From a virus, in IMG/VR virus record IMGVR_UViG_3300034523_000094, positions 1 through 39,996 of that record: a stretch of DNA of 39,996 nt, one strand, 5' to 3'. The notes below the pieces were generated by a model that saw nothing but the letters and a program-made list of their open reading frames with translations, made no database searches and was not told where the DNA came from. The translations under genes were made by a program, and so were the position numbers. Below are positions 17,294 through 25,852 of this stretch, piece after piece (positions within the stretch are counted from its first letter, which is position 1; each line of letters opens with the position of its first letter).

Positions 17294-17312
17294 CCGCGAA
17301 AGCGGTTTTTTT
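17294..17312 (+). terminator. Weak intrinsic terminator after the DGR cassette (CCGC-GAAA-GCGG followed by T7)
   Basis: A 4-bp stem with a GNRA loop followed by a seven-T run. Confidence 0.35.
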
Positions 17313-17330
17313 ACGCCTGGAGCACTCCGC

Positions 17331-17537
17331 ATGCCTGCACTTCGTAAGAGCTACACCGTCCTCGTCGCATTCCCCAAGGGGGGCGGCCATTGGGCGAACA
17401 AGGGCGAAAAGCTCGACCTGATGGACGTCGAGGCGCAGCAGCTGCTGCGCGCCGGCCGCATCAAGCTGACCGCCACCGAAACCGAGGCCGAGGCGCCCGC
17501 CGCCGCTGCCACCAAGAAAACCGCCGCTAAGGAGTAA
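17331..17537 (+). CDS. Small hypothetical protein upstream of the tail sheath gene
   Basis: The ATG at 17331 is in frame with the end of ORF 16650..17537. 68 aa. It ends 3 nt before the sheath gene start. Confidence 0.4.
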   Translation: MPALRKSYTVLVAFPKGGGHWANKGEKLDLMDVEAQQLLRAGRIKLTATETEAEAPAAAATKKTAAKE

Positions 17538-17539
17538 CC

Positions 17540-18706
17540 ATGGCCGAGGTAACCAATTTCGAGCACAACGGCGTTTCGGTCGAGACGACCGAGTCGCCGG
17601 AGGCAATGGGCGGGCTTGGCGATAATGTCGTCGGCCTGGTCGGTACCGCGCCGAACGCGGATATGAGCGTGCCGCGCAATGCGCCGTTTCGCATCAACAG
17701 CTACACCCTGGCTGCGCTGCTGGATCCGACCGGCGCCGAGGCGGGCACGCTCTACCAGGTGGTGCACCAGATCCTCAAGGTGGTGAAGGTGCCGATCTAT
17801 GTCGTGGTCGTCGAGGAGGGCGCCCTCGAGGCCGACACGCTGAGCAACGTGATCGGCGGCATCGACCTCGAGTCGGGCCAGAAAACCGGCCTGCAGGCGC
17901 TGACCACCTGCCAGGAGCTGCCGACCATCATCGGCGCCCCGGGCTTCTCCGACGCGCAGGCGGTGCACAGCGAGCTGGCCAGCCTGGGCAAGCGGATCCG
18001 CGCGCGCTTCGTCTTCGACGGGCTCGACGTGCCGGTCTCCGGCCAGGTGACCAACTCCGAGTCGATCGGCGGTGCCGAGCTGGGTTACGACCGGGGCTAC
18101 ATGGTCCACCAGATGCCGGCGGTCTACTCCAAGGCGGCCAAGGCCAACGTGTTCCTGCCGCCCTCGAGCCTGGCGATCGCCGCGCTGGCAGCGGTCAAGC
18201 AGTGGGAAAGCCCGGGCAACCAGGTGACCTACGCGGCCGACGTCTCGCGCGTGGTCGAGTACAACATCCTCGACAAGTCGACCGAGGGCGACCTGCTCAA
18301 CCGCTACGGCGTGAGCTACTACGCGCGCACCACCCTGGGCGGCTTCTCGCTGATCGGTAACCGCACGATCACCGGCAAGTTCATCAGCTACGTGGGCCTC
18401 GAGGACGCCATCACCCGCAAGCTGGTCAAGGCGGCGCAGAAGGTCATGGCCAAGAACCTGACCAAGTCGTTCATGGAGCAGGAGGTCAAGCGCATTGACG
18501 ACTGGCTGCAGACGCTGGTCGCCGACGAGACCATCCCGGGCGGCAAGGTGTACTTGCACCCCGAGCTGAACAGCGTCGAGAAGTACAAAAACGGCACTTG
18601 GTACCTGTGCATCGATTACGGCCGCTATGCCCCGAACGAGCACATGATTTACCAGCTCAATGCGTCTGACGCGATCATCGAAGAATTCCTGGAGGACGTC
18701 CTCTGA
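17540..18706 (+). CDS. Contractile tail sheath protein
   Basis: 388 aa with an AAGGAG RBS. It is followed by tube, chaperone and tape measure genes in P2/Mu order. The sequence is sheath-like. Confidence 0.8.
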   Translation: MAEVTNFEHNGVSVETTESPEAMGGLGDNVVGLVGTAPNADMSVPRNAPFRINSYTLAALLDPTGAEAGTLYQVVHQILKVVKVPIYVVVVEEGALEADTLSNVIGGIDLESGQKTGLQALTTCQELPTIIGAPGFSDAQAVHSELASLGKRIRARFVFDGLDVPVSGQVTNSESIGGAELGYDRGYMVHQMPAVYSKAAKANVFLPPSSLAIAALAAVKQWESPGNQVTYAADVSRVVEYNILDKSTEGDLLNRYGVSYYARTTLGGFSLIGNRTITGKFISYVGLEDAITRKLVKAAQKVMAKNLTKSFMEQEVKRIDDWLQTLVADETIPGGKVYLHPELNSVEKYKNGTWYLCIDYGRYAPNEHMIYQLNASDAIIEEFLEDVL

Positions 18707-19212
18707 TGTTTACCAACCGAGTGCGGCAGATCATCACGGCGACCCTGCAGGGTCTGCCGCTTAACGCCACTATCGAAGACTACGATCCGCCGGCGATCGA
18801 GTTCGATATGGAGGAGATGCGCGGGGGCCGCTACATCCCCGAGGAGATGGCCACCGGCATGAAAGCCCTGACCGGCAAGCTGACGCTGCAGGGCGTCGGC
18901 CTGCCGATCATGGCGGCCCTGGGCGTGAGCGGCGGCGATGACGTGCTGCTGACCGTGCAGGAGGCCGGCGAGGACCAGGACGGTAACGAGTGGTTCACCT
19001 ACCACGTGCAGGGCGGCAAGCTGAAAAAGCTCGAGGAGAAGACCCTCAAGATGGGCGACAAGCCCGTGACGGTGCTCGAGATCGCCCTGCGCACCTACAC
19101 GCGCCTCGAAATGGGCGTGCCGGTGATCGATATCGACACCCGCACGCAGAAGGTCGTCGTGAACGGCCGCGACCTGCTCAAGGGCGCCCGCCGCCTGGCC
19201 CTGATGGTCTGA
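18706..19212 (+). CDS. Tail tube protein
   Basis: 168 aa, directly after the sheath gene (TGATG overlap). Confidence 0.75.
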   Translation: MFTNRVRQIITATLQGLPLNATIEDYDPPAIEFDMEEMRGGRYIPEEMATGMKALTGKLTLQGVGLPIMAALGVSGGDDVLLTVQEAGEDQDGNEWFTYHVQGGKLKKLEEKTLKMGDKPVTVLEIALRTYTRLEMGVPVIDIDTRTQKVVVNGRDLLKGARRLALMV

Positions 19213-19232
19213 CCCTCCCCACCCTCGAACAG

Positions 19233-19254
19233 AGCCGCCTACGGGCGGCTTTTT
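19233..19254 (+). terminator. Intrinsic terminator after the tube gene (AGCCGCC-tacg-GGCGGCT followed by TTTT)
   Basis: A 7-bp perfect stem, a 4-nt loop and a T-tract. Confidence 0.6.
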
Positions 19255-19276
19255 CGTGCACGCAAGGAAACCCGCT

Positions 19277-19843
19277 ATGACCTGGAAACCCGAACCGCAC
19301 ACGCTGCAGTGGCCGATCGCGGCCGAGAACGGCGAGAAGCTGACCACGATCACGCTGCGCCCCTTCACCATCGCCGAATACCGCGTCGCGATGGCCAACG
19401 CCGGCGACGACGAAGACGACCAGTTCGAGGCCCTGCTGCTGCTGGCCACCGGCCTGCCGCAGGCGGTGCTCGAGGAGATCAAGCGCCCCGACTACGTGAC
19501 CCTGTCGACGCGGATTCACGAGTACGTGAACCTCCCGGCTTCCTACTTCCTGGGCAAAAAGCCCGAGGATCCCGACGACGCTCCGCTGCTGGTCCCGATC
19601 AAGGCCATCGGCCGCGAAGTGGATCGCCTGACCCTGCAGGTGCCGGCGATGAAGGCGACCAAGGTCATGCGCAAGCTGAAAACCCCGGCCGATCGCGCGG
19701 ACTTCATCAGCTCGCATTGCACCGGCCTGTCGCTGGTGGAAATCACCCGGCTGAGCCTGCCCGACTGGACGCAGCTGCAGGGGCGCCTGAACGATTTTTT
19801 GAACAAACCGGCGGACTTCTTTCAGAGCGCGACGTCGACGTGA
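19277..19843 (+). CDS. Tail assembly chaperone, zero-frame product (P2 gpE / lambda gpG analogue)
   Basis: An AAGGA RBS precedes the ATG at 19277. It lies between the tube and tape measure genes and contains the slippery heptamer. Confidence 0.7.
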   Translation: MTWKPEPHTLQWPIAAENGEKLTTITLRPFTIAEYRVAMANAGDDEDDQFEALLLLATGLPQAVLEEIKRPDYVTLSTRIHEYVNLPASYFLGKKPEDPDDAPLLVPIKAIGREVDRLTLQVPAMKATKVMRKLKTPADRADFISSHCTGLSLVEITRLSLPDWTQLQGRLNDFLNKPADFFQSATST

Positions 19844-19965
19844 TCTGCGACGTGGTACCCCTCGTTTACCACGTGAGCGAGGCGGAAATTCTGGAGTGGG
19901 ACGCCGGCAAGGGCTTGCGCCGGTATGAACTGGCGATCGCCCGGCTGGGTGTGAAAAAGGGGTAG
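19277..19965 (+). CDS. Tail assembly chaperone, -1 frameshift fusion product (P2 gpE+E' / lambda gpGT analogue)
   Basis: Slipping at T TTT TTG (19795..19801) moves translation into the frame of ORF 19309..19965 (FFEQTGGLL...GVKKG), which ends 3 nt before the tape measure gene. Confidence 0.65.
19795..19801 (+). other. Programmed -1 ribosomal frameshift heptamer TTTTTTG
   Basis: The zero frame reads GAT TTT TTG, so the heptamer is in X XXY YYZ register. It is the same heptamer as remembered for P2 E/E'. Confidence 0.65.
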
Positions 19966-19968
19966 CGC

Positions 19969-22530
19969 ATGGCTGAGTCGAAGTATTCCCTGCGGCTCGC
20001 CGCTGTCGATGCTTACTCGAAAACCTTCGGCGACTTCGGCAAGAAGGCCGACGAGCTGCAGGAGCAGGTCAAGGCGCAGCGGGCCGAGCTGGACAAGCTC
20101 AACCGCACCGCCCGCGACGCGGACGGCTACGCCAAGCTGACCGAGAAGGTCGAGAAGACCACCACCGCGCTGCAGACCGCCCGGGCTGAGCAGAGCCGGA
20201 TCGGCCGCGAGCATCAGCAGGCGACGGCGCAGGTCGATCGACTGTCGCAGGAGTATGGCCAGGCCTCGGCCACCCTCAAGGCGCTGGAAGCCTCGACCGA
20301 GGCCACCACGGCGCAGGTCAAGACGGCCCGCGCCGAGCATGCACGCCTCGGTCGCGAGCTCAACGCGGCCACCGCTTCGGTCAAGAAGCTGGACGGCGCG
20401 CAGGATCGCAACACCGCCAGCGTTCGCACGCTCGAGGCGGCGCAGCGATCGGAGCGCAACGAGCTCAAGCGCCTGCAAACCGAGCTGACCGGCGCCGGGG
20501 TCGACACCAGCAAGCTGGCCAGCGAGCAGAAGCGCCTCGAGGCGGCGACCGAGCAGGCCAACGCGGCGCTGCAGGCGCAGCGTGCGCGGCTCGATGCGGT
20601 GCGCACGGCGCAGGGCCGGGTCGAGGCGAATCGCGGCGCCCGCGCGGATCTGCGCGGGCAGATGGTCGAGACGGCGGCGATCGGCTACCTGGCCAGTCGC
20701 CCGGTCAACCAGGCGATGGATCTGGAAACGGCGATGGCCGACGTCGCCAAGGTGGTGACGTTCGAGGAGGGTCAGCGCGAGGCGATGGCCTCGGCCAACC
20801 TCAAGATGGCGAGCGATCGCCTGATCTCCTCGGCCGGCATCACAGCGGTGGATCTGGCAAAGATCCAGTACGCCGCCGGGCAGTCGGGCATCGGCAACGA
20901 CGCCAAGGACAGCGCCGGCAAGCAGGCCGCCATCGTCGAGTTCACCCGCGACGCCGCGATCATGGGCGCCGCCTTCGACCTGGACGCGCAGACCGCCGGC
21001 GAGACCATGGCCGGGTGGCGTGCCTCGATGAACCTGGACCGGCAGGGCACGCTCGACCTGGCCGACGCGACGAACTACCTCGGCAACAGCTTCAACGCTA
21101 CGCCGGCGGATATCGCGGCGGTGGTCAAGCGCTACGGCGCAGTCGGTACGGCGTCGGGCCTGTCGCCCGAGCAGACCGCCGCGCTGTCGGCGGCCTTTCT
21201 CAACCCGGGCACCGAGAAGGAAATCGCCGGTACCGGCTTTAAGAACTTCACCGCCGCGCTGACCAAGGGCAAGGCGGCGACGAAGGGGCAGCGCGAGACC
21301 TGGGAGGCCCTCGGCTTCGATCCCGAGGATCTGGCCAGGGGCATGCAGCAGGATGCGCCGAAGGTCATCATGGACGTGCTGCAGGCGCTGAAACAGGCGC
21401 CAGAGGAGGAGCAGAGCGCGCTTGCCACGCAGCTGTTCGGCTCCGAGTCGATCGGCGCCATCATGCCGCTGCTGCAGAACCTCGGCGAGGTCGAGCGCGC
21501 CTTCGGCATGGTGGCCAACAAGGCCGACGCGGCCGGCTCGATGATGAAGGAAGCGGCCGGGGTGGCTGACACCTCGCGCAGCGGCTGGAACGCCTTCGTG
21601 GCCAAGCTGACCCGGCTCTCGACGCTGGTCGGCAACGCCATGCTGCCGGCCCTGAACGCCGTCCTGGTCCCGCTGGGGGCTGTGGTCGACGGGCTGAGCT
21701 GGGCGGCCGAGACCTTCCCCAACGTCACGGCGGCGATCGCTGTCGCTGGCGGCGGCCTGGCTGCGCTCAAGGTGGGCGCGCTGGGCCTCAAGTTCGCCGG
21801 CCTGATGGTCGGCCAGGCCTTCAACAAGGCCGGGCTCGCCCGCGCCAAGTTGGACGCCAACACCGCCCGCACCGCCCTGACCGCCGACCGCGCCGTGCTG
21901 CGCCTGAATGCGGCCATGGCTCGCCTGGGCGCTGGCGGGGCTGCTGGCGGCCTCGGCGGCGGCAGGGCTGGCAAGGGTGGCGCCCGTGGCGCTGGCGGCA
22001 AGCTGGCCAGCGCGGGGCGCCTTGCCGGGCGTGTCGCGGCGCCGCTGATGCTGGCGGCCGGCGCGGCGGACGTGGTCAGCCTGGTGAGCGAAGGCGCCGA
22101 CGCGAAGGCGATCGGCGGATCCGTGGGCGGCACCGCTGGCGGGCTGGGCGGCATGTGGGGCGGCGCGGCGGCCGGCGCGGCGATCGGCTCGGTCGTGCCC
22201 GTTATCGGCACCGCCGCCGGCGGCATCGTCGGCGGTGCGATCGGCGGACTGGCGGGCAGCGAGGCCGGGAGCTGGATCGGCGAGAAACTCGGCGCCCTGG
22301 TCGACCGGCTGAGCAGCCCCGAGGCGGTGGCGAAAGAGGTCGTGAACAACACCGACAGCCGGCAAATCAGCTTTGCCCCGGTGATTCACATCGCCGGCGC
22401 TGACCAGGCGACTAGCTCCGCGCTGGCCGATCAGGTCATCGCCAAGATGCGCGGCGAGTTCACGCCGCTGATGATGGCCAACCCGCTTGCCGTGCGACGC
22501 GGCGCGGCCCTGACTGACGGGAGCGACTAA
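19969..22530 (+). CDS. Tail tape measure protein
   Basis: 853 aa. It has a long N-terminal coiled-coil (A/Q/R/E-rich), a Gly/Ala-rich hydrophobic C-terminal third, and the canonical position. Confidence 0.85.
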   Translation: MAESKYSLRLAAVDAYSKTFGDFGKKADELQEQVKAQRAELDKLNRTARDADGYAKLTEKVEKTTTALQTARAEQSRIGREHQQATAQVDRLSQEYGQASATLKALEASTEATTAQVKTARAEHARLGRELNAATASVKKLDGAQDRNTASVRTLEAAQRSERNELKRLQTELTGAGVDTSKLASEQKRLEAATEQANAALQAQRARLDAVRTAQGRVEANRGARADLRGQMVETAAIGYLASRPVNQAMDLETAMADVAKVVTFEEGQREAMASANLKMASDRLISSAGITAVDLAKIQYAAGQSGIGNDAKDSAGKQAAIVEFTRDAAIMGAAFDLDAQTAGETMAGWRASMNLDRQGTLDLADATNYLGNSFNATPADIAAVVKRYGAVGTASGLSPEQTAALSAAFLNPGTEKEIAGTGFKNFTAALTKGKAATKGQRETWEALGFDPEDLARGMQQDAPKVIMDVLQALKQAPEEEQSALATQLFGSESIGAIMPLLQNLGEVERAFGMVANKADAAGSMMKEAAGVADTSRSGWNAFVAKLTRLSTLVGNAMLPALNAVLVPLGAVVDGLSWAAETFPNVTAAIAVAGGGLAALKVGALGLKFAGLMVGQAFNKAGLARAKLDANTARTALTADRAVLRLNAAMARLGAGGAAGGLGGGRAGKGGARGAGGKLASAGRLAGRVAAPLMLAAGAADVVSLVSEGADAKAIGGSVGGTAGGLGGMWGGAAAGAAIGSVVPVIGTAAGGIVGGAIGGLAGSEAGSWIGEKLGALVDRLSSPEAVAKEVVNNTDSRQISFAPVIHIAGADQATSSALADQVIAKMRGEFTPLMMANPLAVRRGAALTDGSD

Positions 22531-22919
22531 TGCGACAGCAGATGGCCCTCGGCGAGTTCGTGTTCGGGCTCGCCACCGGGTTTCCCTACGAGCGCCTCGA
22601 GCGCAAGACAACGGGCGGCTGGGTCGACCTCGATATCATCAGCAGCAAGCCGCTCTCGCACCAGACCGGCCAGGGCCTCGAGGAGCTGCGCCTAAGCGGC
22701 AAGGCGCAGCTCGAGGCCGGCATGCTGGCCGTCGACGAGCTGCGCGCCATGGCCAACGCCCGCAAGCCCTACACCCTGGTCGATGGTATCGGCCGGGTGT
22801 GGGGCCGCTGGCGAATCGACAACGTGAGCGAGCAGCAGCAGCGGGTGCTCGATGACGGCACCGCCACGCTGCTGGAGTGGACGCTCGAGCTGCGGGAGTT
22901 CGTGAATGCGACGGGTTAG
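22530..22919 (+). CDS. Tail protein U (P2 gpU-like)
   Basis: MALGEFVFGL...GRWRIDNVSE... is typical of gpU. It follows the tape measure gene. Confidence 0.75.
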   Translation: MRQQMALGEFVFGLATGFPYERLERKTTGGWVDLDIISSKPLSHQTGQGLEELRLSGKAQLEAGMLAVDELRAMANARKPYTLVDGIGRVWGRWRIDNVSEQQQRVLDDGTATLLEWTLELREFVNATG

Positions 22920-23118
22920 AACCATTGCCGGCGACTCGGCCAACCTCCTGATCTACCGGGAGCTCGGCCGCGCCGACGACGAGGCCGAGGAGGCCTTCTG
23001 GCTGGTCAACGAGGGGCTGGCCGAGCATGGCCCGGCCCTGCCTGCCGGGCTGTGGGTGAACCTGCCGGAGCTGCCCCAGCGGCCCGCGCAGAGCGCCCCG
23101 GTTTCGGCCTGGGATTAA
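22906..23118 (+). CDS. Tail protein X (P2 gpX-like)
   Basis: 70 aa. The pattern VRTIAGDSANLLIYRELGR...NEGLAEHGPALPAGLWVNLPE is gpX-like. Confidence 0.7.
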   Translation: MRRVRTIAGDSANLLIYRELGRADDEAEEAFWLVNEGLAEHGPALPAGLWVNLPELPQRPAQSAPVSAWD

Positions 23119-23127
23119 GGGGGCGGC

Positions 23128-24147
23128 ATGGCCATCGGATACACGCCAGCGGTCGAGATCTACGGCGCGAACGCGGCCTTGATCAACGGCCGGCTGATCG
23201 ATTGGGAGCACGTCGACGCGGCGGGCGTCGAGTCGGATCAGCTGAAATTGACCGTCAACATCGAGGGGCTGGAAGGCCTGCCGAGCGTCGACGGCAAGAT
23301 CGGCCTGCGGGTGGGCTACGAGGAGACCGGCCTCGTCGACAAGGGCGAGTTTGTGGTCACGCGCACCATGCCGCAGCTGTTCCCCGCGCAGCTTCTGATC
23401 GTCGCCACGGCCGCCCCGTTCAAGGTGGCCGACGAGACCGGCTTCAAGGCGCGCCGGTCGGCCAGCTACGGGCCAACCACCCTCGGCGCGATATTCCGCG
23501 AGCTGGCCACCCGGCACGGCTTCTCGCCGCGCGTGGCGCCCGAGCTCGACGCGATCGTGATCGACCACGTCGACCAGTCCAACGAAACCGATATGGGCTT
23601 CCTGACCCGCCTCGCGCGCCGCTATGACGCGGTGACGAAGCCGGTCAATGATCTGTACGTGCTCGCGCGGCGCGGCCAGGTCAAGTCGCTGAGTGGCAAG
23701 CCGCTGCCGCCGGTGACGCTGTCGGTCACGAAGGACAACCGCCCCGGCGCGCGGTCCTTCATCGCCGCCCGCATCGACAACGACAGCCGGATCCGCTTCA
23801 AGGGTGCGCGCACGGTCTGGTGGGATGGATCCGCCGGCAAGGAGGTGCGCGTCGAGGCCGGTACCGAGCCGTTCAAGCAGGTGCGCCAGCGCTACCAGAA
23901 CGAAAGCGAGGCCCGCGCAGCAGCCAAGGGCGAGCACAGCAAGGTGCAGCGCGAGGCGGCAAAACTGCGGATCGATTGCCCCGGCAATCCGGCGTTCGGC
24001 GCCGAGGGGCTGGTCGTGCTCGATGACAGCTGGCCGAGCCATATGCGCGGCACCTGGTCGATCGACAAGGTGACCTCGAGCGGATCCCGCGCGCAGAGCT
24101 ACCGCAGCACGCTCGAGGCGAGTTACCCCGACGGCAAGCAATCGTGA
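23128..24147 (+). CDS. Late control protein D (P2 gpD-like tail/baseplate hub protein)
   Basis: 339 aa, last gene of the tail operon, with gpD-like sequence (DETDMGFLTRLARRYDA). Confidence 0.8.
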   Translation: MAIGYTPAVEIYGANAALINGRLIDWEHVDAAGVESDQLKLTVNIEGLEGLPSVDGKIGLRVGYEETGLVDKGEFVVTRTMPQLFPAQLLIVATAAPFKVADETGFKARRSASYGPTTLGAIFRELATRHGFSPRVAPELDAIVIDHVDQSNETDMGFLTRLARRYDAVTKPVNDLYVLARRGQVKSLSGKPLPPVTLSVTKDNRPGARSFIAARIDNDSRIRFKGARTVWWDGSAGKEVRVEAGTEPFKQVRQRYQNESEARAAAKGEHSKVQREAAKLRIDCPGNPAFGAEGLVVLDDSWPSHMRGTWSIDKVTSSGSRAQSYRSTLEASYPDGKQS

Positions 24148-24151
24148 CACC

Positions 24152-24186
24152 CGCCCCATGGCTTCGGCTGTGGGGCGTTTTTTTTT
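24152..24186 (+). terminator. Strong intrinsic terminator after gpD (long stem with TTCG loop, then T9)
   Basis: CGCCCCATGGC-ttcg-GCTGTGGGGCG followed by nine T residues. Confidence 0.8.
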
Positions 24187-24195
24187 GTGCCCAAG

Positions 24196-24232
24196 AAAAA
24201 GCCCCCACTGCCTCGCGGCGGTGGGGGCTTTT
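24196..24232. terminator. Bidirectional hairpin terminator AAAAA-GCCCCCAC...GTGGGGGC-TTTT
   Basis: An 8-bp GC stem flanked by an A-run and a T-run. It lies 12 nt from the 3' end of the minus-strand gene 24244..24600. Confidence 0.7.
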
Positions 24233-24243
24233 GTCGTTTCTGG

Positions 24244-24600
24244 CTACCGGAGCCGCTCGAGCACGGCGGGCGGCATCGCGGGCATGCCCTTGGCCACGTA
24301 TAGCAGCGGGAGATCCTGGTAAGGCCCTGGCCCCTTCTCCTCGAGGCGCTGCACCACCTGCTGCGCGCGTCCGTTCGCGGTGGCCCAATCGTCGCCGGCT
24401 TTCAGCCAGGCGCTCGGCGTGCCGGTGTACGTGCACACGGCCCACGTTTGGCCGCCCGTCTTCACCGTCTCGCAGCTCGGCTCGAAGCCGGCCGCGCGGT
24501 GGGCATTGGCCAGCCCGACGGTTTCCTTGCCGCGCAGATCCATTATCAGCGCCACCAATATGCCCAGCGCCACGGCGCCGCCGATCACTACCTTTTTCAT
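24244..24600 (-). CDS. Small membrane-anchored or secreted hypothetical protein (moron-like position)
   Basis: A strong GGGAGGGG RBS, an N-terminal hydrophobic segment VVIGGAVALGILVALI, and two Cys. The gene is bracketed by terminators. Confidence 0.6.
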   Translation of the reverse strand: MKKVVIGGAVALGILVALIMDLRGKETVGLANAHRAAGFEPSCETVKTGGQTWAVCTYTGTPSAWLKAGDDWATANGRAQQVVQRLEEKGPGPYQDLPLLYVAKGMPAMPPAVLERLR

Positions 24601-24638
24601 CCTGCAGCCCCTCCCTAGTTGGCTGGCCGCAGGGTAAC

Positions 24639-24662
24639 AAAAAGCCCGCCAGGTGGCGGGCT
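24639..24662 (-). terminator. Intrinsic terminator for the minus-strand accessory operon (AGCCCGCC-acct-GGCGGGCT followed by TTTTT)
   Basis: A perfect 8-bp stem. The T-run is on the minus strand. It lies 29 nt beyond the exonuclease stop codon. Confidence 0.7.
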
Positions 24663-24690
24663 GTGTGGGGCGGGTTACAGAGCGGGCTTG

Positions 24691-25308
24691 TCAGCCCTGC
24701 ACCAGGCGTATGGCGTCTGGTGGCATAGTCGGATCGATGACGACCTGCAGCCCGAACAGCGTCGGCCCGGCCTCGGCATTCCGCTGCGCGTGCAGGCGCA
24801 GCGCGTCGATCAGCATGCGGGCCTCGTGGCGGGCGTCGTGCAGCGCGTGGTGCTTCACGCCCTCGAACTCGCGCGCCTTGGCTTCGGGGTACAGGCCGAG
24901 GATCGTGCGCAGATCCCGGTCGTGCCAGAAGTGCCAGGGCGCCTCGATTGCGCAGTCATCGAATGCCCGGCGCAGGATGACGTTGTCGAAGGTCGCGCCG
25001 TTGCCCCATACCAGGCGCTCGCCGTCCTGCTCGAGCATGAACTCGGCGAGCTGCTCGAGGGCGCGGGGCAGGTCGAGGCCCGGCGTGCTGCCGTCGATCT
25101 CGCGGCGGGCTTCGTCGCCCTGCTGCAGCCACCAGGTGATTGTGCTCGCGTCGGGCACGCCGCCGTGCGCCATGGCCGAGGCGAGGTCGATCTGCCAGTA
25201 GCGCTCGCCGGTGATGGTCAGGCCGTCGATCCGCACGCAACCGATCGCGACGATCGGCGCGGGCGCTTTCTTGCCCAAGGTTTCGAGGTCGATTACGTAG
25301 TGCGTCAT
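24691..25308 (-). CDS. DEDD-family 3'-5' exonuclease (DnaQ-like)
   Basis: THYVIDLETLG (ExoI DxE), WGNGATFDNVIL (ExoII) and HHALHDARHEA (ExoIII, H-x4-D). The ATG at 25308 overlaps the upstream stop codon (ATGA). Confidence 0.75.
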   Translation of the reverse strand: MTHYVIDLETLGKKAPAPIVAIGCVRIDGLTITGERYWQIDLASAMAHGGVPDASTITWWLQQGDEARREIDGSTPGLDLPRALEQLAEFMLEQDGERLVWGNGATFDNVILRRAFDDCAIEAPWHFWHDRDLRTILGLYPEAKAREFEGVKHHALHDARHEARMLIDALRLHAQRNAEAGPTLFGLQVVIDPTMPPDAIRLVQG

Positions 25309-25484
25309 GGGATCTGGATCTCGGCGTCGGGGTGAATGGTGAAGTCGCGGCCGCAATGGCGGCACTCGATGCGCTGGCCCCGGATCCGCTCGTCGAGATC
25401 GAGCGGCACCAGGTTACGGCAGAAAGGGCACCGGCACTGCAGGCCGGTGGCCAGGAGGAGGGTTACGGCCGGTGCTGGGGTCAT
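25305..25484 (-). CDS. 59-aa zinc-ribbon protein (CRCPFC...CRHC)
   Basis: Hand translation gives MTPAPAVTLLLATGLQCRCPFCRNLVPLDLDERIRGQRIECRHCGRDFTIHPDAEIQIP. GGAGG RBS. Its stop overlaps the exonuclease start. It is below the ORF-track length cutoff. Confidence 0.5.
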   Translation of the reverse strand: MTPAPAVTLLLATGLQCRCPFCRNLVPLDLDERIRGQRIECRHCGRDFTIHPDAEIQIP

Positions 25485-25486
25485 GG

Positions 25487-25852
25487 TTATTTGCCTCCGT
25501 TGGCAGTCACTGGCGCCAGTTCATAGTTGCAGATCGTGTCGAACTCGCCCCAATAGGTGCCTTCCCCGTCGCAGTCTTCATCGTCAAGGTCCTCGTCGTC
25601 TGGTCGATGCCGGGCGTCTGTTTGCTCGCAGGTGTGGCTGATCTCCCCGGCAATGATCTGCTCGACTTCCTCGTCCCAGCCATCGTCGAGGTAATGCGCG
25701 ATGATGTTCTGCGAATCGGCATCGCGCTCGTCGGCCGACCTGTAGTAGATGAACTCGGCGCCATTAGGGTCGAAGGTGAAGTAGCGGAATTCGGCGGATG
25801 GGCGCCGGCTTCGCTCTATGACGCCTTTCTCTTTGGTGTCGACTGGTTTCAT
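25487..25852 (-). CDS. Highly acidic hypothetical protein (121 aa, 32 Asp+Glu against 12 Lys+Arg)
   Basis: The ORF fits tightly within the operon. The composition was counted by hand. Confidence 0.55.
   Translation of the reverse strand: MKPVDTKEKGVIERSRRPSAEFRYFTFDPNGAEFIYYRSADERDADSQNIIAHYLDDGWDEEVEQIIAGEISHTCEQTDARHRPDDEDLDDEDCDGEGTYWGEFDTICNYELAPVTANGGK

Noticed and set aside
16650-17537. 295-aa ORF overlapping the RT gene
   Set aside because: Most of it overlaps the RT gene in another frame and crosses the terminator-like T7 run. Only the final 68 codons, from the ATG at 17331, were kept as a low-confidence small gene.
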